Source of the DNA: an uncultured Acidobacteriota bacterium | Lineage (GTDB): Bacteria > Acidobacteriota > Vicinamibacteria > Vicinamibacterales > UBA2999 | Length of the DNA stretch: 64,000 nucleotides | Direction: 5' to 3' | Assembly: GCA_963814395.1 (NCBI GenBank) | Contig: CAWFCS010000004.1 | Coordinates: forward strand, 20,862 to 84,861 | Notes under the pieces: generated by a model | What the model saw: the letters and a program-made list of their open reading frames with translations, nothing else | Told to the model about the DNA's origin: nothing | Databases searched by the model: none | Made by a program: the position numbers and the translations under genes | Shown: positions 30,822 to 39,774 of the stretch, in pieces | How the letters are laid out: the number at the start of each line of letters is the position of its first letter | Position numbering within the stretch: the stretch's first letter is position 1

Positions 30822-31283
30822 TTACATCTCGCCGTTCCAGTCCTCCGGTTCGGCCGTGGCCGAACGGAAGACCTCGAGGTGCCACTTTCCGCCGCCCCAG
30901 GGTTCGATGACCTCGGTGGCCACGACGTCCACCAGCAACTCGGCGAACGTGCGGCCTTCGGGGTCGCCCTCCAGGTGGTAGGCGGGATCATCCCACGCGA
31001 ACGTGGGATAGAGCGTCATGGTCAGGAAGAGGTCGTAGCCGTCGTCCACCACGATGAGCTGGCCGCACGGCGGCTTCTGCGTGGAGTGGTAGACCAGGTA
31101 CTTCTCGGCGCTGTGCGCGCGGATGTAGCGCTTGAGCACGAACTCGCGCGCGACGATCTCCTCGACCGCGATCTTCTTGTCCCAGCAGTCGCCGCAGTAG
31201 CGTTCCTCGCCCTTCGGCTCGGACACGTCCTTGGCACCGCAGAGCGCGCAGTGCGCCTTGGTGGGCGTGGTCTTTCGGGACAT
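30822..31283 (-). CDS. hypothetical protein with an N-terminal zinc ribbon (CxxC..CxxC)
   Basis: HCALCGAKDVSEPKGEERYCGDCWDKK, then about 110 aa of unrecognised acidic domain. Codon usage is consistent with coding. Confidence 0.5.
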   Translation of the reverse strand: MSRKTTPTKAHCALCGAKDVSEPKGEERYCGDCWDKKIAVEEIVAREFVLKRYIRAHSAEKYLVYHSTQKPPCGQLIVVDDGYDLFLTMTLYPTFAWDDPAYHLEGDPEGRTFAELLVDVVATEVIEPWGGGKWHLEVFRSATAEPEDWNGEM

Positions 31284-31348
31284 CCTCGCATTGTATCAAG
31301 CCCCTGCGCGGTGCGCGCAGGGACTCGCCGGCGGGCAGGTCGCTCGGC

Positions 31349-33481
31349 CTAGCGCTGGCGTTCGATGGCCGGGCCGTAGAGGCGGCGCACGTACTCCTTC
31401 AGCATCCGGCTGGTGGAGAAGCGGGGGATGTTGGTGCGCATGGCTTCACGCACGACCTTCATCCAGGCGGTCGGCACGCCGGCCGCGTCCCGGTCGTAGA
31501 AGGCGGGCACGATGTTGCCCTCGAGCAGGGCATAGAGGGCCTCCGCGTCGGCCGTGTCAGCGGCGTCGGGGTTGGCGTCGGCGGCGCGTCCGTCGATCAA
31601 CCAGCCGTTGTCGCCGGTGTAGCCCTCGGCCCACCAGCCGTCGCCGATGCTCAGGTGAGGCACGCCGTTGATCGACGCCTTCATGCCGCTCGTGCCGCTG
31701 GCCTCGAGGGGTTTGCGGGGGTTGTTCAGCCACACGTCGCAGCCCTGCACGAGCAAGTGCGCGACGTGCAGGTCGTAGTCGTCGATGAAGGCGACGCGGC
31801 CGCCAAAGATGGGGTCGAGCGCGCGCCGGAAGACGCGCTGCATATGGTGCTTGGCCGGGTCGTCGGCGGGATGCGCCTTCCCGGCGAAGACGATCTGCAC
31901 CGGGCGGCCCGGGGCATTCAGCAGCCGGGCCAGACGCTCGGCGTCGTGGAAGATCAGCTCCGGGCGCTTGTAGGCGGCGAAGCGGCGCGCGTAGCCGATG
32001 GTGAGCGCGTCGGGGTCGAGCATCGACCCGTGGGTGAGGATGCGCGACGGGGCGACGCGTTCCACCGTCCACCGCTGCCGCGCGCGCTCGCGGATGAAGC
32101 CGAAGAGGTGCGCGCGCAGCGTGAGACGCGCCTGCCAGAGGTCGGCGTCGGGGATGGCGTCGAAGCGGCGCCACACCTCCGGGTCGTCGACGCGCTGGAT
32201 CCAGTCGTCGCCGAGGTGGGTGGTGAGCAGCTCGCGCACGTCGGCGGCCACCCACGTGGGCACGTGCACGCCGTTGGTGATGGCCTGCACCGGCACGCCG
32301 TCGACCGGACGGTCGGGCCACATCGGCTGCCACATCTCACGGGTCACGTGTCCGTGCAGTTCACTGACCGCGTTGATACCGCCGGCGGCGCGCATGGCGA
32401 GCGCCGTCATGTTGAACTGCGACCCGTGGCCGCTATCGTGCTCGCCGAGCGCGAGGAAGCGCGGGCGATGCGGTCCGAGTTCACCCCAGCAGCCGGCCAG
32501 GTGCTTCTCGACCAGTTGGTAGGGGAACGCGTCGTGGCCCGCGGGCACGGGCGTGTGCGTCGTGAACACCGTGCTCTTGCGCACGGCCTCGAGCGCCTCG
32601 TCGAACGAGTGGCCCTGCTCGATGAACTCACGGATGCGCTGCAGCACGACGAACGCGGCATGGCCTTCGTTCAGGTGCCACACCGCCGGTTCGATGCCCA
32701 TGGCGCGCAACACGCGCACGCCGCCGATCCCGAGAATCACTTCCTGCTGGATGCGGGTCTCGCGGTCGCCTCCGTACAACCGCGCCGACAGTTCGCGGTC
32801 CCAGGGCGCGTTCTCTTCGAGATCGGTGTCGAGCAGGTAGAGGCGCACGTGGCCGACCCGCACGCGCCAGACCGCGGCCAGCACGGTGCGGTCGCCGAGC
32901 GGCACCGCCGTGATGCACGGCTTGCCGTCGGGCGTGATCGCGGTCTCGATCGGGGCGTCGGCCCAATTGATGCGTTCGTAGTGTTCCTGCTGCCAGCCGT
33001 CGTTCGAGACGCGCTGGTGGAAGTAGCCCTGCGGGTACATGAAGCCGATGCCCACGAGCGGCACGCCCAGGTCGCTGGCTTCCTTGCAGTGGTCGCCGGC
33101 CAGCACGCCCAGCCCCCCCGCGTAGATGGGCAGCGACTGATGGAGCGCGAACTCGGCCGAGAAGTAGGCGATGACCTTGCCCTGCAGGTCGGGGCCGTCG
33201 CTCGCGAACCACGAGCGCTCGGGCGCGCGGGCGGCGTCGAGTCCGATCAGAGCGGCGTCATAGAGGCGCAGGAACTCAGGGTCGGCAGCCGCCCGCTGCA
33301 GCACGTCGGCACCGAGGGTGCGCAGCATGCGTGCCGGGTTGTGCGCAGTGGTGCGCCACACGCCGAGATCGAGGCGCCGGAACAGCGCCCGGGCGCCGGG
33401 TTGCCAGCTCCACCAGATGTCGGTGGCGAGTTCGCCGAGGCGGTCGATGCGGGCGGGAAACGGGATGTGGAAGCGTTCCAT
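31349..33481 (-). CDS. glgP: alpha-glucan phosphorylase (GT35, maltodextrin/glycogen phosphorylase family)
   Basis: 710 aa with YFSAEFALHQSLPIYAGGLGVLAGDHCKEASDLGVPLVG and EASGTSGMKASINGVPHLSIGDGWW (PLP-lysine region). Confidence 0.9.
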   Translation of the reverse strand: MERFHIPFPARIDRLGELATDIWWSWQPGARALFRRLDLGVWRTTAHNPARMLRTLGADVLQRAAADPEFLRLYDAALIGLDAARAPERSWFASDGPDLQGKVIAYFSAEFALHQSLPIYAGGLGVLAGDHCKEASDLGVPLVGIGFMYPQGYFHQRVSNDGWQQEHYERINWADAPIETAITPDGKPCITAVPLGDRTVLAAVWRVRVGHVRLYLLDTDLEENAPWDRELSARLYGGDRETRIQQEVILGIGGVRVLRAMGIEPAVWHLNEGHAAFVVLQRIREFIEQGHSFDEALEAVRKSTVFTTHTPVPAGHDAFPYQLVEKHLAGCWGELGPHRPRFLALGEHDSGHGSQFNMTALAMRAAGGINAVSELHGHVTREMWQPMWPDRPVDGVPVQAITNGVHVPTWVAADVRELLTTHLGDDWIQRVDDPEVWRRFDAIPDADLWQARLTLRAHLFGFIRERARQRWTVERVAPSRILTHGSMLDPDALTIGYARRFAAYKRPELIFHDAERLARLLNAPGRPVQIVFAGKAHPADDPAKHHMQRVFRRALDPIFGGRVAFIDDYDLHVAHLLVQGCDVWLNNPRKPLEASGTSGMKASINGVPHLSIGDGWWAEGYTGDNGWLIDGRAADANPDAADTADAEALYALLEGNIVPAFYDRDAAGVPTAWMKVVREAMRTNIPRFSTSRMLKEYVRRLYGPAIERQR

Positions 33482-33491
33482 AGATCAGGCT

Positions 33492-33531
33492 GGGACTAGG
33501 GACTAGGGACTGGGGACTAGGGACTAGGGAC
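33492..33531. repeat. heptamer tandem array (5.7 units) between the dehydratase gene and glgP
   Basis: Plus strand reads GGGACTA GGGACTA GGGACTG GGGACTA GGGACTA GGGAC. The TAG stop of the upstream gene (33524-33526) lies in unit 5. The array ends 10 nt before the glgP ATG. Confidence 0.9.
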
Positions 33532-34507
33532 GCGGGCTCGCCGGGCAGGCGCCCACGAGTGTCGCGAATCTGGAGAGGTCGATGTTGCCGCCGGACACGA
33601 TGGCCACGACCTGGCCGGGTCCGGCGCGACCGGACAGCGCAGCGGCCACGGCACAGGCCGCGGCGCCTTCGATGATGACGTGCGCGCGCTCGGCGGTGAG
33701 CTTCATGGCCGCGGCGGCGTCGTCGAGCGTGACCACGAGCGAGCCGGCAATCGCGCCGTGCAGCAGCGGCCACATCGACGGGAGCACCGAACGCCCGCCG
33801 GCGCCGTCGACGAACGACGTGCGCCACGCCTCGAACCGCTGCGGCGATCCGGCGGCCAGCGAGAGCGCCAGCGGCGACGCGGTTTCCGGTTCGGCGGCCA
33901 CGACGCGCACGTCGGGACGCCGGGCGTTCATGACGGCAGCGATGCCGGCCAGCAGGCCACCCCCGCCGATGGCGGCGACGACCGTGGAGACGCCGGGCAG
34001 GTCGTCGAGAATCTCGAGGCCAGCCGTGGCGTTACCGGCGATGAAGGCGTCGTCGTCGAACGGGTGCACGAAGTAGCCGTGCATGCGCTCCGAGGCGCGC
34101 GTTTCCACCGTCTTCCAGCACTCGTCGTAGGTGGCGCGCACGATCGTGGCGCCGAGCCGCTCGATCGCCCGCACCTTCGTCTCGGGCGCCGTGTCCATGA
34201 CCATCACGGAGCAGGGGGCGCCCACGGACCGCGCCGCGAAGGCCACGCCCTGCCCGGCGTTGCCCGCGCTCACCGTCCACACGCCGTCCTGCAGGTCGCG
34301 CGGACCGAGCTGGCGCACGGCATTGAAGGCCCCGCGCAGCTTGAACGATCCGATGGGCTGCAGGCACTCGAGCTTGAGGAAGACCTCGACCGGCTCGCCT
34401 TCAGGGGTCCGCACCGGCACGTCGAGCCGCACGAGCGGGGTGCGCACGGCCGCCGCATAGATGGCCGCGGCTGCGTCTTCTACCGCGCTGATGGGAATGT
34501 GCCGCAT
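33524..34507 (-). CDS. PLP-dependent threonine/serine dehydratase family enzyme
   Basis: LKLECLQPIGSFKLRGAFN holds the PLP-lysine motif. SAGNAGQGVAFAA and GGGGLLAGIA form the glycine-rich phosphate loop. Start taken at MRHIPISAV. Confidence 0.8.
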   Translation of the reverse strand: MRHIPISAVEDAAAAIYAAAVRTPLVRLDVPVRTPEGEPVEVFLKLECLQPIGSFKLRGAFNAVRQLGPRDLQDGVWTVSAGNAGQGVAFAARSVGAPCSVMVMDTAPETKVRAIERLGATIVRATYDECWKTVETRASERMHGYFVHPFDDDAFIAGNATAGLEILDDLPGVSTVVAAIGGGGLLAGIAAVMNARRPDVRVVAAEPETASPLALSLAAGSPQRFEAWRTSFVDGAGGRSVLPSMWPLLHGAIAGSLVVTLDDAAAAMKLTAERAHVIIEGAAACAVAAALSGRAGPGQVVAIVSGGNIDLSRFATLVGACPASPRP

Positions 34508-34589
34508 CGTGACGACCGCAGATCGTATCACGCCGTCCCGCGCATCGCTGGCGCGGCCGCGCGTAGAATGCTCGTGCCTGGAGGCCGAC

Positions 34590-35758
34590 ATGACGAGCGC
34601 GAATGCGAAGAGACTGCTGCTGTTGTGTGCCTTGAGCACAACGCTCGTGTGGAGCGCCGCGCCGCTGGCGCAGCCGGCCGCTGCGCGTCCGCGCGCGCGT
34701 GAGCTGGGGCTCGCGCCAGGGGTGTTTGCGCCGGGGCCGGGCAACGCCATCACCGACGTGGACGGCGTGCGCGTGGGTCACGTCACGCTCACGACCGGCG
34801 ACGCGGTTCGCACCGGCGTCACCGCCGTCCTGCCGCATCCCGGCAATCTGTTCCAGCAGAAGGTGGCGGGCGCGGTGTTCGTCGGCAACGCCTTCGGCAA
34901 ACTGGCCGGTTCCACTCAGGTGGACGAACTCGGCACGATCGAGTCGCCGATCGTGCTCACCAACACCCTGGCGGTAGGCGCCGGCGTGGAAGGCGTGGTG
35001 CGGTGGACGCTGGCGCAGCCCGGCAACGCCGAGCGTGCGCTCGGTGAACGCGCTGGTCGGCGAAACCAACGACGGCGGCCTGCAACGACATCCGCGGTCT
35101 GCACGTGCGGCCTGAGCACGTGCTGCAGGCCATCGCCGCCGCGCGCGGCGGCGCCGTGGAGGAGGGCAGCGTGGGCGCGGGCACCGGCACACAGGCGTTC
35201 GGCTGGAAGGGCGGCATCGGCACGTCGTCCCGCCGCCTGCCCGCGACCTACGGCGGCTTCACGGTGGGCGTGCTCGTGCAGAGCAACTTCGGCGGCGTGC
35301 TCACCATGGGGGGCGCGCCCGTGGGCAAGGAACTCGGCCGCTACAGCTACGCGCCGGCCGGGCGCGGCGATGCCGGCGACGGCTCGTGCATGATCGTCGT
35401 GGCCACCGACGCGCCGCTCGACGCCCGCGACCTGAAGCGCCTCGCTGCGCGGGCCGTGTTCGGCCTGGCGCGCACCGGGTCGTCGTTCAGCAACGGCAGC
35501 GGCGACTTCGCCATTGCGTTCACGACCCATCTGTCGCAGCGGGTGGCGTTCGGCGCGGCCGCGCCGGTGACGCGCACGGCGCTGCCCACCGACGGCGTGT
35601 CGCCGCTCTTCCAGGCGGCGCTCGAGGCCACCGAAGAAGCGGTCTACAACTCGCTGCTGCGCGCCACCACGGTCACCGGCAACGGCACGACGACCGAGGC
35701 GCTGCCGATCGAGCGCGTGCGCGAGATTCTGCGCAAGTACAACGCCGGCAGTCGCTGA
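34590..35758 (+). pseudogene. DmpA/peptidase S58 (P1) family aminopeptidase, two +1 frameshifts near 35040 and 35083
   Basis: A signal peptide is followed by NAITDVDGVRVGHVTL..RTGVTAVLP. After the breaks the sequence continues SVNALVGETNDGGL then NDIRGLHVRPEHV..GSVGAGTGTQAFGWKGGIGTSS (self-processing nucleophile region). Length is 3n+2. Confidence 0.8.
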
Positions 35759-35778
35759 CGCCGTCCGCTTGAGCAGGG

Positions 35779-36870
35779 CTACCCGCGGTGGCCGGGATAG
35801 CGTTTCTCGCCAGCTGGTGTCATCGACAGGCCGCCCGTGTGGATGAAGAGCACGCGGCTGCCGGGCGCGATGTCGCCCCGCGCCACGAGGCCCTGCAGGC
35901 CGGCAAAGGCCTTCGCCGTGTAGACGGTGTCGAGGAAATACCCTTCCGTCGTCGCCATCAGGCGGATGGCGTGGTCGCTGCCATGATTGGGCACGCCGTA
36001 GCCCTCTTCGCCGAACCCATAGGTGATCTCGTGCGGCGGGATGTCGGCGGCATCGAGATCGAGGCCGAAATGACGCACCGACGTCATGAAGTGCACCGCG
36101 GGCGAGGGCATCTGCAGCGCGACCTCGACGGCATGGCGCGTGCTGATGGCGATGGGATGGACCCGGGCGCCGAAGCCTCCGAGCGCGAGCCCCAGCAGGA
36201 GGCCGGTGGTCGTCGACCCCGTGCCGTAGGCGACCACGATGTGGTCGAAGTCGAGGCCGCCGCCGCGCTGCTGGGCGATTTCGGCGACGCAGCGCATGTA
36301 GCCGGGTTCGGCTTGGGGCATCGTGCCCCCGCCCGGGATGAAGTAGCCCGAGGTCTCCGCCGTGACCTGGGCGCACAACGCGGCGAGACGGATGCCGTCG
36401 TCGGCCGTGGGCTCGGCGAAGTTCATCGGGCTGAAGTGCAGGCGGGCGCCCAGGTAGTCGAGGAGCAGCAGGTTGCCGTGCCAGTCGGCCGGCCCGGCCG
36501 GCGGATCGCCGGCGACCACGCAGTGCACCTCGAGGCCCACGCGCCGGCACGCGGCCGCGGTCATCATGGTGTGGTTCGAGGTGATCGGGCCGGGGGTGAC
36601 GACGGTGTGCGCGCCGCGCTGCTTCACGTCGGCGAGGATGTATTCGAGCTTGCGCGTCTTGTTGCCGCCCAGGGCGACGCCCGAGCACTCGTCGCGCTTC
36701 ATCCACAAGTCGATGCCGAGCGTGGCGCCGACGCGTTCGAGGGGCACGAGGGGCGTCGGGAACTCGCCGAGGCGCACGCGCGGCACCCGAGCGACGAAGT
36801 CGAGCAGCGTGGTCAGTGATCTCACGTCGGTAATGCTATGGGCCTGTCCGCTCGAGGTGTGGACAGACAT
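35779..36870 (-). CDS. PLP-dependent D-cysteine desulfhydrase / ACC deaminase family protein
   Basis: FPTPLVPLERV..LWMKRDECSGVALGGNKTRKLEYILAD and TSNHTMMTAAA are family hallmarks. The start is uncertain (ATG at 36870 or TTG at 36888). Confidence 0.8.
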   Translation of the reverse strand: MSVHTSSGQAHSITDVRSLTTLLDFVARVPRVRLGEFPTPLVPLERVGATLGIDLWMKRDECSGVALGGNKTRKLEYILADVKQRGAHTVVTPGPITSNHTMMTAAACRRVGLEVHCVVAGDPPAGPADWHGNLLLLDYLGARLHFSPMNFAEPTADDGIRLAALCAQVTAETSGYFIPGGGTMPQAEPGYMRCVAEIAQQRGGGLDFDHIVVAYGTGSTTTGLLLGLALGGFGARVHPIAISTRHAVEVALQMPSPAVHFMTSVRHFGLDLDAADIPPHEITYGFGEEGYGVPNHGSDHAIRLMATTEGYFLDTVYTAKAFAGLQGLVARGDIAPGSRVLFIHTGGLSMTPAGEKRYPGHRG

Positions 36871-36924
36871 GGGGGGATTGCGATACAAATAGAGGTTCCT
36901 GCCCTCGTGGAACGACCCTTCTGT

Positions 36925-37011
36925 GCGGAAGTGGCGGAATTGGCAGACGCGCTAGCCTCAGGAGCTAGTCCGGGCAACCGGGTGAAGGTTCAAATCCTTT
37001 CTTCCGCACCA
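36925..37011 (+). tRNA. tRNA-Leu (anticodon CAG), class II with a long variable arm, CCA encoded
   Basis: Acceptor stem GCGGAAG/CTTCCGC. Anticodon stem CTAGC/GCTAG with loop CTCAGGA. Variable stem-loop CCGGGCAACCGGG. T arm GAAGGTTCAAATCCTTT. Terminal ACCA. Confidence 0.93.
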
Positions 37012-37093
37012 GCCTTCGCGGGCGCCGCCCGCTTCGGCTAGGCAAGCCGGCGAAGGCTGTCTCGCCGTAGCGCGTGAGCGCGAAGGCGGACCG

Positions 37094-38086
37094 CTACTTC
37101 TTCCAGTCCGGCAACCGATCGTTGCCCGCGCCCTGCGTGAGGCGCATCCACGCGCCGGTCTTCAGGTCCATCACCGCAAGATCCCAGTTCTCGCCTTCGT
37201 GGTGCTCCGGGCTCACCGAGAACGCCAGGCGCGTGCCGTCCGGCGAGAAATCAGGGTAGTAGCTCCACAGGCCATCGGCCTTCAGCACCCGCGACTGTTC
37301 GAACCGTGCCCCCTCCCGCACTTCGATCGACGAGGCCTCGCCCGAGGGCAGCCGCACGTGCGCGAGGCGCAGGCCATCGGGTGACCACGTCGGCCAGCAG
37401 CCGCCCACAGAGGTGGTGAGCCCGGGGGCGGTGCCATCGGACGACAGCAGATGCACCTGATACGACCAGAACGCGCCCGCCCGTAGCGACTGTGCCGCAA
37501 AGGCGACCCGAGTACCGTCGGGCGACGGCGACGGCATGATCGCGCGGCCCACGAAGTGCTGCGTGAGTCGGGTCACCACGCCGGTCGAGAGCACGAGCCG
37601 GAACAGGTCGCCGCGGCTGTCGCGGTCGGAGTTGTAGACCAGGCTCTGGCCATCAGGGGCCCAGGCCGGATCGTGTTCGTTGGCCGGGTCGCGCGTGAGG
37701 CGGGCGAGCCCGCGGCCATCAGCGTTCACGACCCACAGGTCCATGTCCGGTGTGCCGGTGTCCGGGGAGGCGCCGTCGTAGTGCGCGCGATTCGAGCTGA
37801 AGGCCACGCGCGACCCATCGGGCGACCAGCGCGGCGTCGTGGCCGTGAACGAGCGCCCGCCCGAGAGCGCTGCCACTGTGCCAGTGGCGAGCGCCAGAGT
37901 GTAGAGGGCAGGGCGCCCCGCCACGTCCGACTCGAAGACCAGGGTGCCGGTCAGGCCCGGTGGGAAGGGTTTCACGGCCTCGGGCAGGCGGGCAGGCCGG
38001 GTGTCTTGGGGTGCCGGGGGGTGCGGCGCGCTGCCCAGGAGCGCGAGGCTGAGGAGCGCGGCCGGCAGCACCAGGGATGCGGACAT
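37094..38086 (-). CDS. TolB-like periplasmic beta-propeller protein (PD40/WD40-like repeats)
   Basis: A signal peptide is followed by repeated P.WSPDG..(V/L)AF motifs (PRWSPDGSRVAFSS, PAWAPDGQSLVY, PSPSPDGTRVAFA, PTWSPDGLRLAH, PDFSPDGTRLAFS). Confidence 0.75.
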   Translation of the reverse strand: MSASLVLPAALLSLALLGSAPHPPAPQDTRPARLPEAVKPFPPGLTGTLVFESDVAGRPALYTLALATGTVAALSGGRSFTATTPRWSPDGSRVAFSSNRAHYDGASPDTGTPDMDLWVVNADGRGLARLTRDPANEHDPAWAPDGQSLVYNSDRDSRGDLFRLVLSTGVVTRLTQHFVGRAIMPSPSPDGTRVAFAAQSLRAGAFWSYQVHLLSSDGTAPGLTTSVGGCWPTWSPDGLRLAHVRLPSGEASSIEVREGARFEQSRVLKADGLWSYYPDFSPDGTRLAFSVSPEHHEGENWDLAVMDLKTGAWMRLTQGAGNDRLPDWKK

Positions 38087-38163
38087 CCTTCGTGTATACC
38101 GTACCCCGGCCGACTGTGCCGAAACGAGTCAGGCCGTGTGCCACGGAGTTTCGTTTCGGAACA

Positions 38164-38424
38164 CTAGTGCACCGAAAGCCGGTGGTCGATGGCGTCCACT
38201 TCGTCGAGCAGCCGCCGCAGCAGCACGGCATGGTGTTCCGTGCTCGGCGTGCGGAAGATGGTACGCACCTCGCGCAGCCACATCCGCACATCCCCCACGA
38301 ACCCGTCGAGTTCGGGCCGATCGCGGGCGATGTCGGCCGCCGCGCGCTCGATATGATTGAGCAGCGCAACCGCCTCGAGTAGTTGCTCATGAGTCAGATC
38401 TACGGAGCCGAGTCGTCGGGCCAT
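38164..38424 (-). CDS. hypothetical small helical protein
   Basis: 86-aa ORF with genome-typical GC3-rich codons, divergent from udk. I recognise no family. Confidence 0.35.
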   Translation of the reverse strand: MARRLGSVDLTHEQLLEAVALLNHIERAAADIARDRPELDGFVGDVRMWLREVRTIFRTPSTEHHAVLLRRLLDEVDAIDHRLSVH

Positions 38425-38504
38425 GCCGGTGACCTTCGCAAGCGACGTGCCAAGCCAGGCGTGGGCTCCGGCGGCCCAGGGGCGGCGTGTTATCGTGGCC
38501 GGCC

Positions 38505-39137
38505 ATGACTCCCATCGTGATTGGCGTGGCGGGCGGCTCCGGTTCTGGCAAGACCACCGTCGTGCGCCGCATCGTCGAGAGCCTGGGCGACGACCAGGTC
38601 ATCGTGCTCGAACACGACCGTTACTACCGCGATCGCAACGACCTGCGGCTCGAGGAACGCGCGTCGCTCAACTACGACCATCCCGATGCGCTCGAAACCG
38701 ACTTGATGGTGCAGCACGTGCTGGCCCTCAAGGGCGGCCAGCCGATCGATGCCCCGGTCTACGACTTCGCCATGCACGCGCGCACCGTGAAGACCGACCA
38801 CCTGGTGCCGCGGCGCGCCATCATCGTCGAGGGCATCCTGATCTTCGCCGACCCGCCGCTGCGGCGCCTGATGGACATCAAGGTGTTCGTCGACACGGAT
38901 GACGACACGCGCGTGATCCGGCGGTTGCAGCGTGATGTCGCGGAGCGCGGCCGCACCATGGCGTCGGTGATCGATCAGTACTTGAGCACCGTCAAGCCCA
39001 TGCATCTCGAGTTCGTCGAGCCGAGCAAGCGCTACGCCGATCTGATCGTGCCGGTCGGCGGACACAATGCCGTGGCCGTCGATCTCTTGTTGTCGTTGAT
39101 TCGCGGCGTCGCCGGCGTGCCCGCTTCCCGCGGCTAG
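38505..39137 (+). CDS. udk: uridine kinase
   Basis: IVIGVAGGSGSGKTTV is the P-loop. LEHDRYYRD, NYDHPDALE, YDF and VEGIL..D are typical Udk motifs. Confidence 0.9.
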   Translation: MTPIVIGVAGGSGSGKTTVVRRIVESLGDDQVIVLEHDRYYRDRNDLRLEERASLNYDHPDALETDLMVQHVLALKGGQPIDAPVYDFAMHARTVKTDHLVPRRAIIVEGILIFADPPLRRLMDIKVFVDTDDDTRVIRRLQRDVAERGRTMASVIDQYLSTVKPMHLEFVEPSKRYADLIVPVGGHNAVAVDLLLSLIRGVAGVPASRG

Positions 39138-39176
39138 CCGCGGGCGCAGGCCGCGACGGCGTTGGTCCCGGTCCGC

Positions 39177-39767
39177 TCAGCGCGGGTGCGCGTCTTCGTA
39201 GTGGCGGATGGCAGCGTCGTGCCGCAGGATGAGCGCGATGTCGTCGAGTCCCTCGAGCAGCCGCTGGCGCGCGCGCGCATCGATCGTGAAGGGCGCCTCG
39301 AGCCCGCTGGCGTCGCGCACCACCAAGGCGTGCAGGTCCACGGTCACCGCGTAGCCGGGCACGGTCGCCGCGCGGGCCACCAGCGTGTCGAGCAGTACCT
39401 CGTCGATGCGCCCCGTCAGCAGGCCGTTGGCCACGGCGTTGCTGGCGAAGATGTCGGCAAACGACGGCGCCAACACCACTCGGAACCCGTAGTCGTGCAA
39501 GGCCCACACGGCGTGTTCGCGCGACGAGCCGCAGCCGAAGTTGGCGCCGGCCAGGAGCACCGACGCGCCGGCGTAACGCGCGTCGTTCAGCACGAAGTCG
39601 GGCTGCAGCCGGCCGTGGCCGTCGGCCCGCCAGTCGTAGAACAGCGCGTCCTCGAAACCGGTGCGGCCGAGGCGCTTCAGGAACTGCTTCGGGATGATCT
39701 GATCGGTGTCGACATCCCGTTTCGGCAGCGGGGCGACCAGGCCGGTGTGCGTGGTGAAGGGTTCCAT
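39177..39767 (-). CDS. leuD: 3-isopropylmalate dehydratase small subunit
   Basis: FTTHTGLVAPLPKRDVDTDQIIPKQFLK and NFGCGSSREHAVWAL. Confidence 0.93.
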   Translation of the reverse strand: MEPFTTHTGLVAPLPKRDVDTDQIIPKQFLKRLGRTGFEDALFYDWRADGHGRLQPDFVLNDARYAGASVLLAGANFGCGSSREHAVWALHDYGFRVVLAPSFADIFASNAVANGLLTGRIDEVLLDTLVARAATVPGYAVTVDLHALVVRDASGLEAPFTIDARARQRLLEGLDDIALILRHDAAIRHYEDAHPR

Positions 39768-39774
39768 CGCGGCC

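Noticed and set aside
33492-33531. The heptamer arrays considered as CRISPR arrays or as minisatellite-encoded peptides.
   Set aside because: The unit is 7 nt with no spacers and no cas genes nearby. The intergenic arrays contain TAG stops in most frames.
37011-37058. The AGCCTTCGC...GCGAAGGCT 9-bp inverted repeat after tRNA-Leu, considered as a terminator.
   Set aside because: It has no T-tract on either strand and a large 30-nt loop. It may still be a processing or termination hairpin, but the evidence is insufficient to annotate it.
36925-38424. tRNA-Leu as the attachment site of an integrated element.
   Set aside because: There is no integrase, no direct repeat of the tRNA 3' end and no compositional shift downstream. 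The neighbours are ordinary chromosomal genes.
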